Under the pieces are notes generated by a model, which worked only from the letters and a program-made list of their open reading frames with translations, ran no database searches and was not told the origin of the DNA. Positions 1 through 9,810 of a stretch of 64,000 nucleotides of DNA are shown here, one piece after another; positions within the stretch are counted from its first letter, which is position 1; each line of letters opens with the position of its first letter. A program made the translations under genes and the position numbers. The DNA comes from Selaginella moellendorffii (Eukaryota; Plantae; Lycopodiophyta), in the NCBI RefSeq assembly GCF_000143415.4, contig NW_003314261.1:682001-746000 (forward strand), in the 5' to 3' direction.

Positions 1-612
1 GCTGCAAGAACTGTGTTATAAGAGACAGTGTCTCGTTGAGGCATGGAATAAAATATGAGTAGCGCATTTGTTAGATGCCCTGTTTGGGAATATGCTGAGA
101 GAAGTGTGATGATCGTCTTCTCCGGCAATGTGTCTCGATAGAGACTCCCGTCTCAGAGCAAAAGAAAGGAATCTTGGAGCATCAAATCAACAAAAAGAGC
201 AGAATATTTTCAAGGCCCAAAACAGTATTTGGAGATGGGAGGTAATCATTAACATTAGTTTAATGGCCCAATATAATGATCCAAACCTTTTAGGGTTTGG
301 ATTTTGGAGGCAATTGAGGTGGTGCCCACCCAATCAGTGCGAGATCAATTAGCCCCTGGTCACATTTAAATTCATATTACATTTCTATATGCATCTTCTA
401 AGATCTTTCTGGCATGGAAAAAAAACATTAAACTCAAAGGCTTATACTGCAAAAAAGATAAACTCTCTCATAAACTACAAGAATTGTATTGGAAGAGCTG
501 AGAGTAAAGATATATTAAATGCCCTGTTTGGAAATATAAAAAGTTATTGTGTCAACATTTTGCTTCACTTTAGTAATTTCTCAAAAGCATCAATGTTTCT
601 AAAAAATAATAA

Positions 613-685
613 TGGAGATGGGAGGTATCGATCCTCCTACCTTCTACGTGCTGTGTAAATGCTCTACCAATTGAGCTACATCCCC
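613..685 (-). tRNA. tRNA-Ala(AGC), atypical anticodon loop
   Basis: Reverse complement GGGGATGTAGCTCAATTGGTAGAGCATTTACACAGCACGTAGAAGGTAGGAGGATCGATACCTCCCATCTCCA (73 nt) folds as a cloverleaf: acceptor GGGGATG/CATCTCC with the G3:U70 Ala determinant, D stem GCTC/GAGC, anticodon stem TTTAC/GTAGA, T stem GGAGG/CCTCC with ATCGATA loop. A T-run (Pol III terminator-like) follows at about 601-606. Confidence 0.85.
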
Positions 686-1199
686 TGATTATTGGCATTA
701 GAGGATTTCATTAGTAGTTTTTTACTTGGGCTTGGATTTTGGGTTGCGAGCGCATCTAAAGACTGTGGAACATCGACTGGAAGATCGATCCAAGACACTG
801 GAAGATTGAGGTGAGGCAATCGAGAGGAGCATTCATCTATGAGGCACCAAGTTAGTTTGGGGATTCCAATGCGCTCTTCCCGCCAATCAGTAGACGAGGA
901 GATTGCTCGAGATCAACACGCTGCTGGTGACATTCGTCTCTGAGGCGCCATCCACGGACAAGGTGCAATGCAGGAGAGCACGCGATGGAGAGAGCGCTTC
1001 TCTGCTCTTCCTTGTGCGCATTCTATGTGGTCTTGCCCAGTTTCACTCTACGATTCTTACAGAGTAGCCAAATCTCGCGCCCACGAAAGTTCATACGAGC
1101 CGCTACACCATGCCATCATCGATGGCCTTTGGTATCTCACCAAGCCATCGGATATAGACTGAAACTCGAGGCTGGCTGAGGACGAAAGAGATGACCATT

Positions 1200-3244
1200 C
1201 GGATGAAAGTGGAAACTGCGTCAGAGGTATGATCCATCGCTCAAGTTTTTGCAAAGTTCTCATTGATAAGACAATGGCGACGAAGTTGATATGGAGTCTC
1301 TCGTTACTGTTAAAGTATATGATCCACGGGTGTTTGAGCTTCCCAGAGTCAACGATACCTGGGTCACGGTTTTGGTGATTGGAGAAACGAAAACGCTGTG
1401 AGCAATAAGATGAACCGCCAGAAAAACCAGGCAAACCATGGTCACCGGCTATCTTGGATTCGAGATTTACAACATCGAGCCTCCAGATACCATCAAATGT
1501 TCTCTATGTCCAAAATACTCTCTTGTGATTCCTGTTCCTTGCACTTAAAATCAGGTACTGCGATTCTTCCTACCAGGTGAAAGATCTTAAATCTTTTTTG
1601 GTTGGAACTCTATCGACGAAAAACTTCTTTTCAAACTCATTTGCAGCTTGATCCTGGTAGGCTTCGAGGCCTCTTCCTGCTATCTGCGGCTTCCACCCCG
1701 AGGTAGATCGGCGATTACGATCTCGTCGAAGATGGTAAAAACGACCTCTATAAGTTTGAGGAAGAGATTTTGGAGCCCTTGACGTCGTGGCAGCTTGAAT
1801 GGATCCACATTCTTCGACTTCACATAGAGTCCATAGAGTTTGGAGTCAGCTCCCAACCCCTGGAACGCAATCACACAACTTGGATGAACAAATTGCTTAG
1901 ATATGATCTCCCACCTCGAATGCCTGCTTGACAAGAGAAACTCCGGCGTTATAGCCATCACTGTCGCCGGTGCTAGAAAACCGAAGCCCTCACCTGTGGA
2001 TCAATTGTAAACTTCCACGAATTTAAAGTACTTGTAGAAATGAGATAAGTTTACCAGGTATGTTGCCTTTCACAAGAGCTGAATTCATGGCTGTAACTGC
2101 TCTTCGGACGTTTGTCAATCTTCTCATAAACTGGGGCATGGGACACACCACTAACCTGCATGTATAAAGTTCATGAACTGATCCGACAAACACCAAAAAA
2201 CAAGAGGATCACCACCAATTCCACAACATTGCAAAGAGCAGCATTGGGATGGTAGACAATCAAGTTCGCACCTGAGGAAAATACCTGAAAGAAAGAAAAT
2301 AAAAATAAAAAGAACAAGCAGACAGTTCAATGCCATACAAACACAAAACGAATGTAATACCTTCTCAGCCATCCCCATGGCACCATAGAGAGCTTCATTC
2401 CAGTGTCCTACCACCTTGGGAAAAGGACAAGAAAAATAATGACACTTTTGTAAGTTTTTCACTGTACCTCAATCGACAAGTAGCTCGCTAGAACAGTAAG
2501 CTGTTGTCGTCAACCAAGGCAACTTCGGCCCTAGGAAGTTCCACATGTTAGCATTGGAAAGCATACACATTTAATTACCTCAAGGCTTCAGCAGGTCAAG
2601 AGATGTTTGAGAGCCTTTAGTTCTTGCAAAAAGTACAACCGGCCAACATACTCCTGGAAGCATAATAAATAATAGTCATTAGTAATCGCTTCGATGAGCA
2701 GTGTGTATTCTTCAACTCCATGCAAAGTAGCTCAAGCCAGAAAGATCGATGAAAATCAGTGTCATAACAAAACAGTTTGAAGCCCGCAAGACCTACAAAA
2801 CGAAGTCACACATCAAATCTGGAAATGAGAAGACGCCTACATACATGATTTGGAGAATGACCGGAGGCCGTCATTGAAAGAGTTCACAGAATCCGACGAT
2901 GCACTATCATTCTGGAAACAAGAATATAAAGAATAGATGAAACATACCAAGCAAAACTTTAACTATAAAGTGAGAGGGGAGATCATCGCTTCTCATCCTC
3001 AAAATCTCTGCCAGTTCAAGGAAATCCCCTCCGCCGTATGTAGAGCCAACCTGCTTGTTCAAACAGTATGTATATAAGTAACAGTGAAGAAAAATCCCTG
3101 GGCCATAACCTGCAAGAGATCCGCTATTCCGAGCCAGAAACTGCTTCGCGTTTGTAATGGAATTGAAGGTTCCTCTCCACGACTCAGCACAAAAATTGAA
3201 GGTCCCAATCCCATCACACGCCGCAAAGATAATCTCGTTTGCAT
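1200..3244 (-). pseudogene. Degenerate multi-exon gene remnant(s), product not recognised
   Basis: Several short coding-like segments are bounded by AG...GT on the minus strand (e.g. near 2155-2272, 2360-2415, 2580-2655, 2980-3050). No continuous frame could be assembled and in-frame stops are present. Confidence 0.3.
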
Positions 3245-3575
3245 AGGTGCCTACACAGACTTCAGGCTGAAGAGAAGAAGAGAAGAAGAGCGGAAGCTAC
3301 AATGGACAAAGATGACTCCAAAGGATAGTCGTATATAATATCAAGGATATATATACATGATGAAGAGACACGCCTCTAGCTTACACTTGGATCAATGAAG
3401 TGGCACTCCTGCCACCTAAGAGAGTGTATACCTCAACATAGGCACCTGTCGATTTCATGTTCATGCTGACGTCCACAGAGCATCCAGAGCTTCTGCAATC
3501 TCCATTCTTCACTACAAATGATCTTATCACCACACATGATACAGAATAGGCCTTTGCAGAGCTTTAGAGTACTAG

Positions 3576-4169
3576 TGTAAGCAACCAAAGAGAACGACTT
3601 GAGAGACGATCCATGGGGTTCAAATATAGAGGGAAAGGGCCCATGAACAAGAGTGCACCCCCTTTTCCAATCGGTTAAGGGTCTTGGGATAGTTGGGGTT
3701 AAGCGTCATTGGGTTTGAATAGTACTGGGCTGGGTGACCTCCCGGGAAGTTCAAATTCAAAAGCTTACATTTGGTATCAGAGCGGTCTCGGGTCCGACTC
3801 TGTTGGTTGGCTAAGGGAATCGCACCACATGTTGATTGACATCTGGCTGGTCCAGTTTGCTCCCGCTGGGCTCGACCCGAGGGGTAGGGTGTCAAGAGAG
3901 CGGGGCTCTCGGGAGAGCTGTGGCTCTCAGCTTCCGTTCACGAGGGCGTGAACTTGCAGGGAAGCGTGGTGGATTATAAGCAACCAAAGGGAACGACTTG
4001 AGAGACGATCCATAAAGGTTCAAATATAGAGGGAAAGGGCCCATGAACAAGAGTGCACCCCCTTTTCCAATCGGTTAAGGGTCTTGGGATAGTTGGGGTT
4101 AAACGTCCTTGGGTTTGAATAGTACTGGGCTGGGTGACCTCCCGGGAAGTTCAAATTCAAGAGCTTACA
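3576..4169 (+). mobile_element. Cassandra-type TRIM (non-autonomous LTR retrotransposon with 5S rRNA-derived LTR core)
   Basis: Near-identical LTRs at 3576-3769 (TGTAAG...CTTACA) and 3975-4169 (TATAAG...CTTACA); PBS TGGTATCAGAGC (tRNA-iMet) at 3772-3783; 205-bp non-coding interior; 5-bp TSD ACTAG at 3571-3575 and 4170-4174. LTRs contain GGTTAAGCGT...TTGGG...AGTACTGGGCTGGGTGACCTCCCGGGAAGT, matching the plant 5S A-box/IE/C-box. Confidence 0.93.
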
Positions 4170-4409
4170 ACTAGGTTCCATTGGGTTTGAATAGTACTGG
4201 GCTGGGTGACCTCCCGGGAAGTTCAAATTCAAGAGCTTACAACTAGGTTCCAGGTCGCTTACAAGGCCCTAGCCATTCCATCAGCTGATCTTCCAGAGGT
4301 AAGAAACAACGTGGGTTCCCGGCCTCCGGTTCCAAGTCGCTTACAAGGCCCTAGCCATTCCATCGGCTGATCTTCCAGAGGTAAGAAACAACGTGGGTTC
4401 CCGGCCTCC
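4109..4409. repeat. Two adjacent tandem duplications (72 bp x2 and 82 bp x2) at the right end of the TRIM
   Basis: 4109-4180 equals 4181-4252 (LTR 3' end + TSD + flank); 4246-4327 is nearly identical to 4328-4409. Confidence 0.9.
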
Positions 4410-5133
4410 GTCAACTTTCTCAAAATGTAACCTTGCCGCTGACACGTTCTCCTGTTGCTGAAAGAACGAAACTTCACTTGCGGGGCCGTCTGGCAACGAA
4501 GCTTCACCTTCGAGAGGGTTAAGGACAAGCTTGTCACCCTCCACCTTCACGAGTCCAATCGGGTCCAGCATGCAGGAGTCGATGCCTATCAAGTAGACAG
4601 GCCTGGGAGGGAAGCCATTGCTCAAGTTCTCGATTGCTAGCTAGTTCCCGTAGGAGCAAAGCTGAGGCAGGGTCTTGGAATGCCACTCGGCCACAGAATT
4701 TGTGTTGAGATCCAAAATCGTATTCTATCCGCTCCAATCAACATGAAAACTTTGTTTGCAAGTTGTTTTTCATCTGCACCCCGGCAAGTCCTCCCTGAAC
4801 TGCACCAAGTGCTTTCGAGAGATGGTTTGCACAGCGTAGTCTCGCTCCACGGAATCAAGGCGATATACCGCAGAAGAATCCGCAGGGGCCCTCTCATCGT
4901 TTGGGATAAACCTTACCACCCATTGACCTCAAGCGCGATATTCCACCGATGGAACGTAGCGAATTAGTTCCAAGGATATTCCCTCCTTGATTTAACATTT
5001 CAAACACTAAGAGTTCTCGTCCATCGATCACAATGGCTCGCTTTTAAGGATTTCTTCCTAGAACACAATTCGAGTGAAATTCCATAGCAAGAGAGCGTCG
5101 GCGAATGGAGTTCAACTCTCTTTAGATCAAACG

Positions 5134-7614
5134 CTATTGTCTACCTTCATTATCATCGTCATCTTTTTTTCTCTCTTGCTCGCCTTCTTCCAACGGCAAT
5201 AGAAGCTTGTTCTCTAACACATCACCGATGTTCTTCCAGCCTCGATCTCTCATCTTCCTCATCAACTTGGCCACCTCGTGCTGCTGTCCAGTCTTCACGT
5301 AGAGATTATACAGCAAAACATACGGCGTGGAGCTCGCGGGATCCAACTCCACGAGCTTCTCGCCGACTTTAGCAGCAAACTCGACGTTCTTGTGAAGAAT
5401 GCAAGCGCTCAAGAGCGCTGTCCACACCACTTGATCCGGCTCAAAAGGCATCGTCTCCACGAGCTCCTCGGCCTCTCGCAATCGCCCAGCCCGCCCAAGA
5501 ACGTCGATCATGGAGCAAAAGTGGTGGATCCGCGGCTCTATCCCGTGATCGTCACGCATCGATGCGAAGAACTTCTTGGCTTCCTCGACTCTTCCAAAGT
5601 GGCTGCATGCTCCAAACAACCGGAGAAAGGTCTGCTCGTTTGGATCAACGCCCTCGAGATCCATGATCTGGAGAGCATCGTTCCGGAGGCCGACCACGAC
5701 CGAGCACGACACCGAGTCCTTCTCGGGCATGGAATCGAAGAGCTCGGTGGCCTTGTCTTCACAACCCGCTCGGACGTAAGCAGCGGTCATGGCTGTCCAC
5801 GACACAACGTTGGCTTTGCTCGAGAGGGAGAGATCGTCAAAGACTGTCTTGGCGGATTCGAGGCGCCCGGCGGTGGCGTAAGCTCCGATCATCGCATTGG
5901 CAGTGGCGGTGTGCTGCTCGGGCACGATCTGGAACACCGCCCTCGCCTCTTCCAATCGCCCATTGTTCGCAAATGCCGACACGAGGATGCTCCATGCAAG
6001 AGTCTCTCGCTGTGGCATCGCGCGGAAGATTTTCATAGCCTCGTCAAGATGGCCGTTCTGGGTATGAGCCGCGATGAGAGTCGTCCACGCCCGAGCGTCA
6101 CGCTTTGGCATTTGATCGAATGTGGCCTTGGATTTCTCCAGGAGATTGCTCTGCGCGTAGGCGAGGACGATCGCAGTCCAGGAAACGATGTCCCTGCCCG
6201 GCATTTTCTCGAAGATCTGGAGCGTTTCCTCCAAACATCCTTCCTGGGCATACGCCGACAGCAAGATCGTCCACGAAAACACATCCCTGACCGCGATCTG
6301 GCCAAAAACCTCGCTTGATTTCTCCAGAAAACCATTCTGGGCATAGCCCTGGAGCATCGAGTTCCAGGAGATCACGTCCCGCCACGGCATCCGCGCGAAG
6401 AAGAACTCCGCCTCGTTTAAATCCCCGCGCGCGGCAAAGGCGGCAAGCACATTGGTCCACGTGGCGACATCCGGCTGCGCCATGGTGGCAAACAGCGTTT
6501 TGGCTTTCTCCGGGAAGCCATTGACGCCATACCCCTGGATCATCGAGTTCCAGGCGTGGGAATCCCACTGCGGCATCGAATTGAAGAGCTTCTCGGCCTC
6601 TCCCAGCTGTCCAGCGATCGCGTACGCCGGGAGGAGCGCATTCCAGGAAACGAGATTCCTCGACGGCATCCGATCGAACAAGCTGCGCGATTCGTCGATC
6701 CGGCCCTCTTGCGCGAGGCCCTGCAGCGCCGCGGTCCAGGTGACCACATCGCGCTGTGGGATTCGATCGAAGAGCGCGATCGCGTCGGCGGCATGGCCAT
6801 GGAGGGCCAGCGCCGCCACGATCGCGTTGTGGGCAACGAGGTCGCGGGTGGGCATTCGATCGAAGATGGCGATCGACTCCCGCAGCGATCCGGCCTGCGA
6901 GAAGCCGGCGATGAGCGCCGTCCAGGAGACGATGCTCCTCTCAGGCATCGAATCAAAGAGCTTTTTCAAGCTTTCCAAATGCCGCTCGCGGGCAAATGCT
7001 GAGGCTATGGCGTTCCAGGCCACAACATTCCTCGCGGGCATGGAATCGAATAAGCAGTACGCCTGCTGTGTCGATCCCACCTGTGCGTATGACGAGACGA
7101 TCGCCGTCCAAGAGACGAGATCTCTCCTGGGCATAGAATCGAAGAGACTCTTGGCGTACTCCAGATGCCCATGAAGGGCATATGCCTGGAGCAAGATGTT
7201 CCAGGAGAAGCAATTGGGCGATTGAATCGCATCGAAAGCCGATCGGGCCTCGAGGAGCTTGCCGCATTTCGCGTACATGTCGATGAGGAGATTGGAGAGG
7301 ATTGTGGGAGGCGGGCGGCGGTGATTGGCGATGCTGTGGTGGACGCGGCGGCCAGCGGAGATGTCCCTGGCGGCGGTGCACGACCGGAGGAGCCGTCCCA
7401 AGCGCTTGACGCGCTCCTCGTCCTCCTCCTCGCCTTGCTCGTCATGGTGCTGGTCATCGATTGCGATTGACGATGTAGTAAACGATCGAGCGATCCAGAG
7501 AAGAGGGCGATGAACGAACGATCTCGCAATCCAGAGGAAAGGCCGATGATCAAACGATCTGGCGATCCAGAGAAGAGGGCGATGACCATTCCATTTCTTT
7601 GACAAAAGTGACAT
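5134..7614 (-). CDS. PLS-class pentatricopeptide repeat protein with a long SS-motif run and E domain, no DYW
   Basis: Intronless ORF of about 826 aa from the ATG at 7614 (the ORF track uses an upstream GTG). Many 31-aa motifs of the form FDSMPxRDLVSWTAxxxxYAQxG; C-terminal HFCSMIDVLGRAGRL...PFEPDQVVWTALLSAC...YVLLYNLY. Confidence 0.93.
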   Translation of the reverse strand: MSLLSKKWNGHRPLLWIARSFDHRPFLWIARSFVHRPLLWIARSFTTSSIAIDDQHHDEQGEEEDEERVKRLGRLLRSCTAARDISAGRRVHHSIANHRRPPPTILSNLLIDMYAKCGKLLEARSAFDAIQSPNCFSWNILLQAYALHGHLEYAKSLFDSMPRRDLVSWTAIVSSYAQVGSTQQAYCLFDSMPARNVVAWNAIASAFARERHLESLKKLFDSMPERSIVSWTALIAGFSQAGSLRESIAIFDRMPTRDLVAHNAIVAALALHGHAADAIALFDRIPQRDVVTWTAALQGLAQEGRIDESRSLFDRMPSRNLVSWNALLPAYAIAGQLGEAEKLFNSMPQWDSHAWNSMIQGYGVNGFPEKAKTLFATMAQPDVATWTNVLAAFAARGDLNEAEFFFARMPWRDVISWNSMLQGYAQNGFLEKSSEVFGQIAVRDVFSWTILLSAYAQEGCLEETLQIFEKMPGRDIVSWTAIVLAYAQSNLLEKSKATFDQMPKRDARAWTTLIAAHTQNGHLDEAMKIFRAMPQRETLAWSILVSAFANNGRLEEARAVFQIVPEQHTATANAMIGAYATAGRLESAKTVFDDLSLSSKANVVSWTAMTAAYVRAGCEDKATELFDSMPEKDSVSCSVVVGLRNDALQIMDLEGVDPNEQTFLRLFGACSHFGRVEEAKKFFASMRDDHGIEPRIHHFCSMIDVLGRAGRLREAEELVETMPFEPDQVVWTALLSACILHKNVEFAAKVGEKLVELDPASSTPYVLLYNLYVKTGQQHEVAKLMRKMRDRGWKNIGDVLENKLLLPLEEGEQERKKDDDDNEGRQ

Positions 7615-7725
7615 CCCCACATTGTTCTTAAACCATTTAAAACGAAGTTAAGTTTAGGGTTTATGGTCTATGAGATTATTCCATAGTACATTCTCTCAAG
7701 TTGAGAATATTCTACAGTATATGCT

Positions 7726-9810
7726 TTAAGTTATTCCATGATCTCTTTGCTTGTAAATGTTCTCCATGAGTACGTAGGCATAGCTCGATCCATCTCTCGT
7801 CTCTTCCACTCCCAGCAGCGCCTCGAATGCCACTCGCCCAATCTCCAAGTTCTTCCACTTCTCACACCCCGCGAGAAGGATCGTCCATCCCACCGCAGTC
7901 GGCTTGAAAGGCATCGATCTGAGGAGCTCCACCGCGGCCTGGAGCTCATTCGCGCGGCACAGCAGATCCACCACGCAAATGTAGTGCTCCACGCACGGCT
8001 GGATCCCAAACTTTTGCTCCATCGTGTCGAAGAGCTTCCTCCCGGCTTGGATCCGGCCAGAGTGGCTGCAAGAGCTCAGCACACACTGCAAGGTGGTGGC
8101 GTCTGGATCCACGCCTTCGCCCAGCATCCTCTCGAAGAGCTCCAAGGCTCGATCGCTCTCGCCACTGCGGCTCAATCCAGCGAGCAGCGCGGTCCAAGTT
8201 GCTTTCCCGCTCCGGGACGATGGGAGCGAGTCGAAAACTTGCTGGGCTTTCGCCACCTCGCCGTATCTTCCATAGACATCGATGATCGAGGTGGCGAGCG
8301 GAGAATCGAAGTGGACGAGCGCTCCATACCTGTTGATCTCGGCGTGAACTGCTAGAGTTGCGTCCAGGCTCTGGCAAGCTTTGAGAGCGGCGACGAAAGT
8401 CGGGCTCTCGGGAACCAGGCCTTCGTCTCTCATGAGCTCCAAGCAGTGGAGTGCCGAGGCCTCTTCCCCGCTTGAGGCGTAGCCGAGCACCAAAACTGTC
8501 CACGAGAAGACGTTCCGGTTGAGCAAGCCATCGAAGACTCTGCGAGCGTCCACCATGCTTCCACAGCTCGCGTACATGCTCACGAGCGTACTGGCAACGA
8601 AGCTGTCCAATTGAAATCCCCGCCTCGACACCTCCGAGTGGAGAGCCATGCCTCTCTCCAGCGAGGAAAGCTTGACAACTCCTCCTGTTTCTAGCGTCTG
8701 GCCTTCCTCTTCACTCGCCAAGCTCGAGCAGGCCTTGAGAACCGTGGAGTAAGTCCGAGTGTTTGGAGCAGCGGAGCTTTTGAGCCGTCGCATGGAATCG
8801 AAGACTCGGACGGCCATCTCGGGCTCTCCATTCTCCACGTACGCATGGAGCATTGCGTTCCAGAGCACGACGTCGTCGAGAAAGAGCACGAAACTCTTGT
8901 CGAAAACCATCCGAGCGTCGAGCAAACTTCCACAGTTGGAGTACATATCCACCAGCGAGCTCGCTACAAACTTGTTGGCCTCGTTGCATCCGAGCTCCAC
9001 AGCCTGCGAGTGAATCGCCATCCCTCTCTCCAAACACCTCAGCTTCACGGCCTTTCCGCCAATCTCCTCGAAAGCCTCCTCCTTGGAAGCAATGCCCGAG
9101 CACGCCTTGAGAGCCGCCACGAAAACTCTAGCGTCGGGCGAGCACGAGCTTTCCATCTTCATGCGATCGAAGCACAGCAAAGCCAGCCCCGCCTCGTCGT
9201 TCTCGACGTGTCCCAGCATCAGCACTGTCCAGGAGACGCAGCTATGGATCGCCATCCTATCGAAAACTCTGCGAGCTTCCACCGTGGAGCCGAGCTTGGC
9301 AAGCATCTCCATCACCGCATTCGCGACTTTGATGTCCGAGTCGATGAATCCCTTTGCCGCTGCTCCGGAGTAGACCCTCATCCCAGTTTCCATCCACCAG
9401 CCTGCATCTTGCTTGGGGGAGCTTTCGGCGAGACGCGAGCAAGCCTTGGCAGCAGCAAGATAGATTCCTTCCATGCCTGTGAGAGGTTCTAGACCCGGAC
9501 TAACATATCCCAGCATCCACGGATCCACACCACGCAGCAATGCTCCGGGCATGGAATGCAAAGCGCTGTGAGCTTCTACCATGTTGCCACATCGAGCACA
9601 AATGCGGATTAAGGCGCTGGGCACGGCAATGCTGGAAATCCCCGTGGTAGCGTGGATCCTCCTCCCGGTTTCTACATCCCTGGTGCTGCGACACACCTGG
9701 AGCGTTGCGGCATGGAAGGATTGCTGGAGGAGCCGCCATGGATTTGGAAATGTACCTGGATGCAAGAGCCTCGCAGCCACGACCTTAAACCCTAAACGCT
9801 TTAATTCCAA
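7726..9810 (-). CDS. PLS-class PPR protein with elongated L motifs and truncated E domain; start codon uncertain
   Basis: 694-codon open frame with P-L-S triplets and C-terminal HYICVVDLLCRANEL...MPFKPTAVGWTILLAGC. It begins at TTG and the first in-frame ATG lies inside a PPR motif. Confidence 0.85.
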   Translation of the reverse strand: MELKRLGFKVVAARLLHPGTFPNPWRLLQQSFHAATLQVCRSTRDVETGRRIHATTGISSIAVPSALIRICARCGNMVEAHSALHSMPGALLRGVDPWMLGYVSPGLEPLTGMEGIYLAAAKACSRLAESSPKQDAGWWMETGMRVYSGAAAKGFIDSDIKVANAVMEMLAKLGSTVEARRVFDRMAIHSCVSWTVLMLGHVENDEAGLALLCFDRMKMESSCSPDARVFVAALKACSGIASKEEAFEEIGGKAVKLRCLERGMAIHSQAVELGCNEANKFVASSLVDMYSNCGSLLDARMVFDKSFVLFLDDVVLWNAMLHAYVENGEPEMAVRVFDSMRRLKSSAAPNTRTYSTVLKACSSLASEEEGQTLETGGVVKLSSLERGMALHSEVSRRGFQLDSFVASTLVSMYASCGSMVDARRVFDGLLNRNVFSWTVLVLGYASSGEEASALHCLELMRDEGLVPESPTFVAALKACQSLDATLAVHAEINRYGALVHFDSPLATSIIDVYGRYGEVAKAQQVFDSLPSSRSGKATWTALLAGLSRSGESDRALELFERMLGEGVDPDATTLQCVLSSCSHSGRIQAGRKLFDTMEQKFGIQPCVEHYICVVDLLCRANELQAAVELLRSMPFKPTAVGWTILLAGCEKWKNLEIGRVAFEALLGVEETRDGSSYAYVLMENIYKQRDHGIT

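Larger units (their letters stand above)
3390..4960 (-). pseudogene. Intronless coding-like remnant interrupted by the Cassandra insertion
   Basis: Minus-strand reading with stops and frameshifts (...VRFIPNDERAPADSSAVYRLD...NGFPPRPVYLIGIDSC...) appears to resume across the ACTAG target site (...DLEPSTLKLCKGLFC...). No family recognised. Confidence 0.3.

Noticed and set aside
106-160. Box C/D snoRNA (GTGATGA at 106-112)
   Set aside because: No downstream CTGA box D or terminal stem at a suitable distance.
613-685. Reading the tRNA anticodon as CAG (CUG-to-Ala recoding)
   Set aside because: CAG is off-centre in the 7-nt loop, and shifting the stem by one base destroys pairing; the centred triplet is AGC.
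2155-2272. ZMYND10-like exon (LIVYHPNAALCNVVEL)
   Set aside because: Resemblance is limited to a few residues and neighbouring exons do not match.
3620-4232. Repeated short ORFs (NLNFPGGHPAQYYSNP)
   Set aside because: Antisense translations of the Cassandra LTR repeats.
3690-4235. 5S rRNA gene array
   Set aside because: Only the internal promoter part of 5S is present, and it sits inside LTRs with a PBS and TSD.
5278-9492. Long plus-strand ORFs of 200-350 aa
   Set aside because: Shadow frames of GC-rich PPR genes on the opposite strand.
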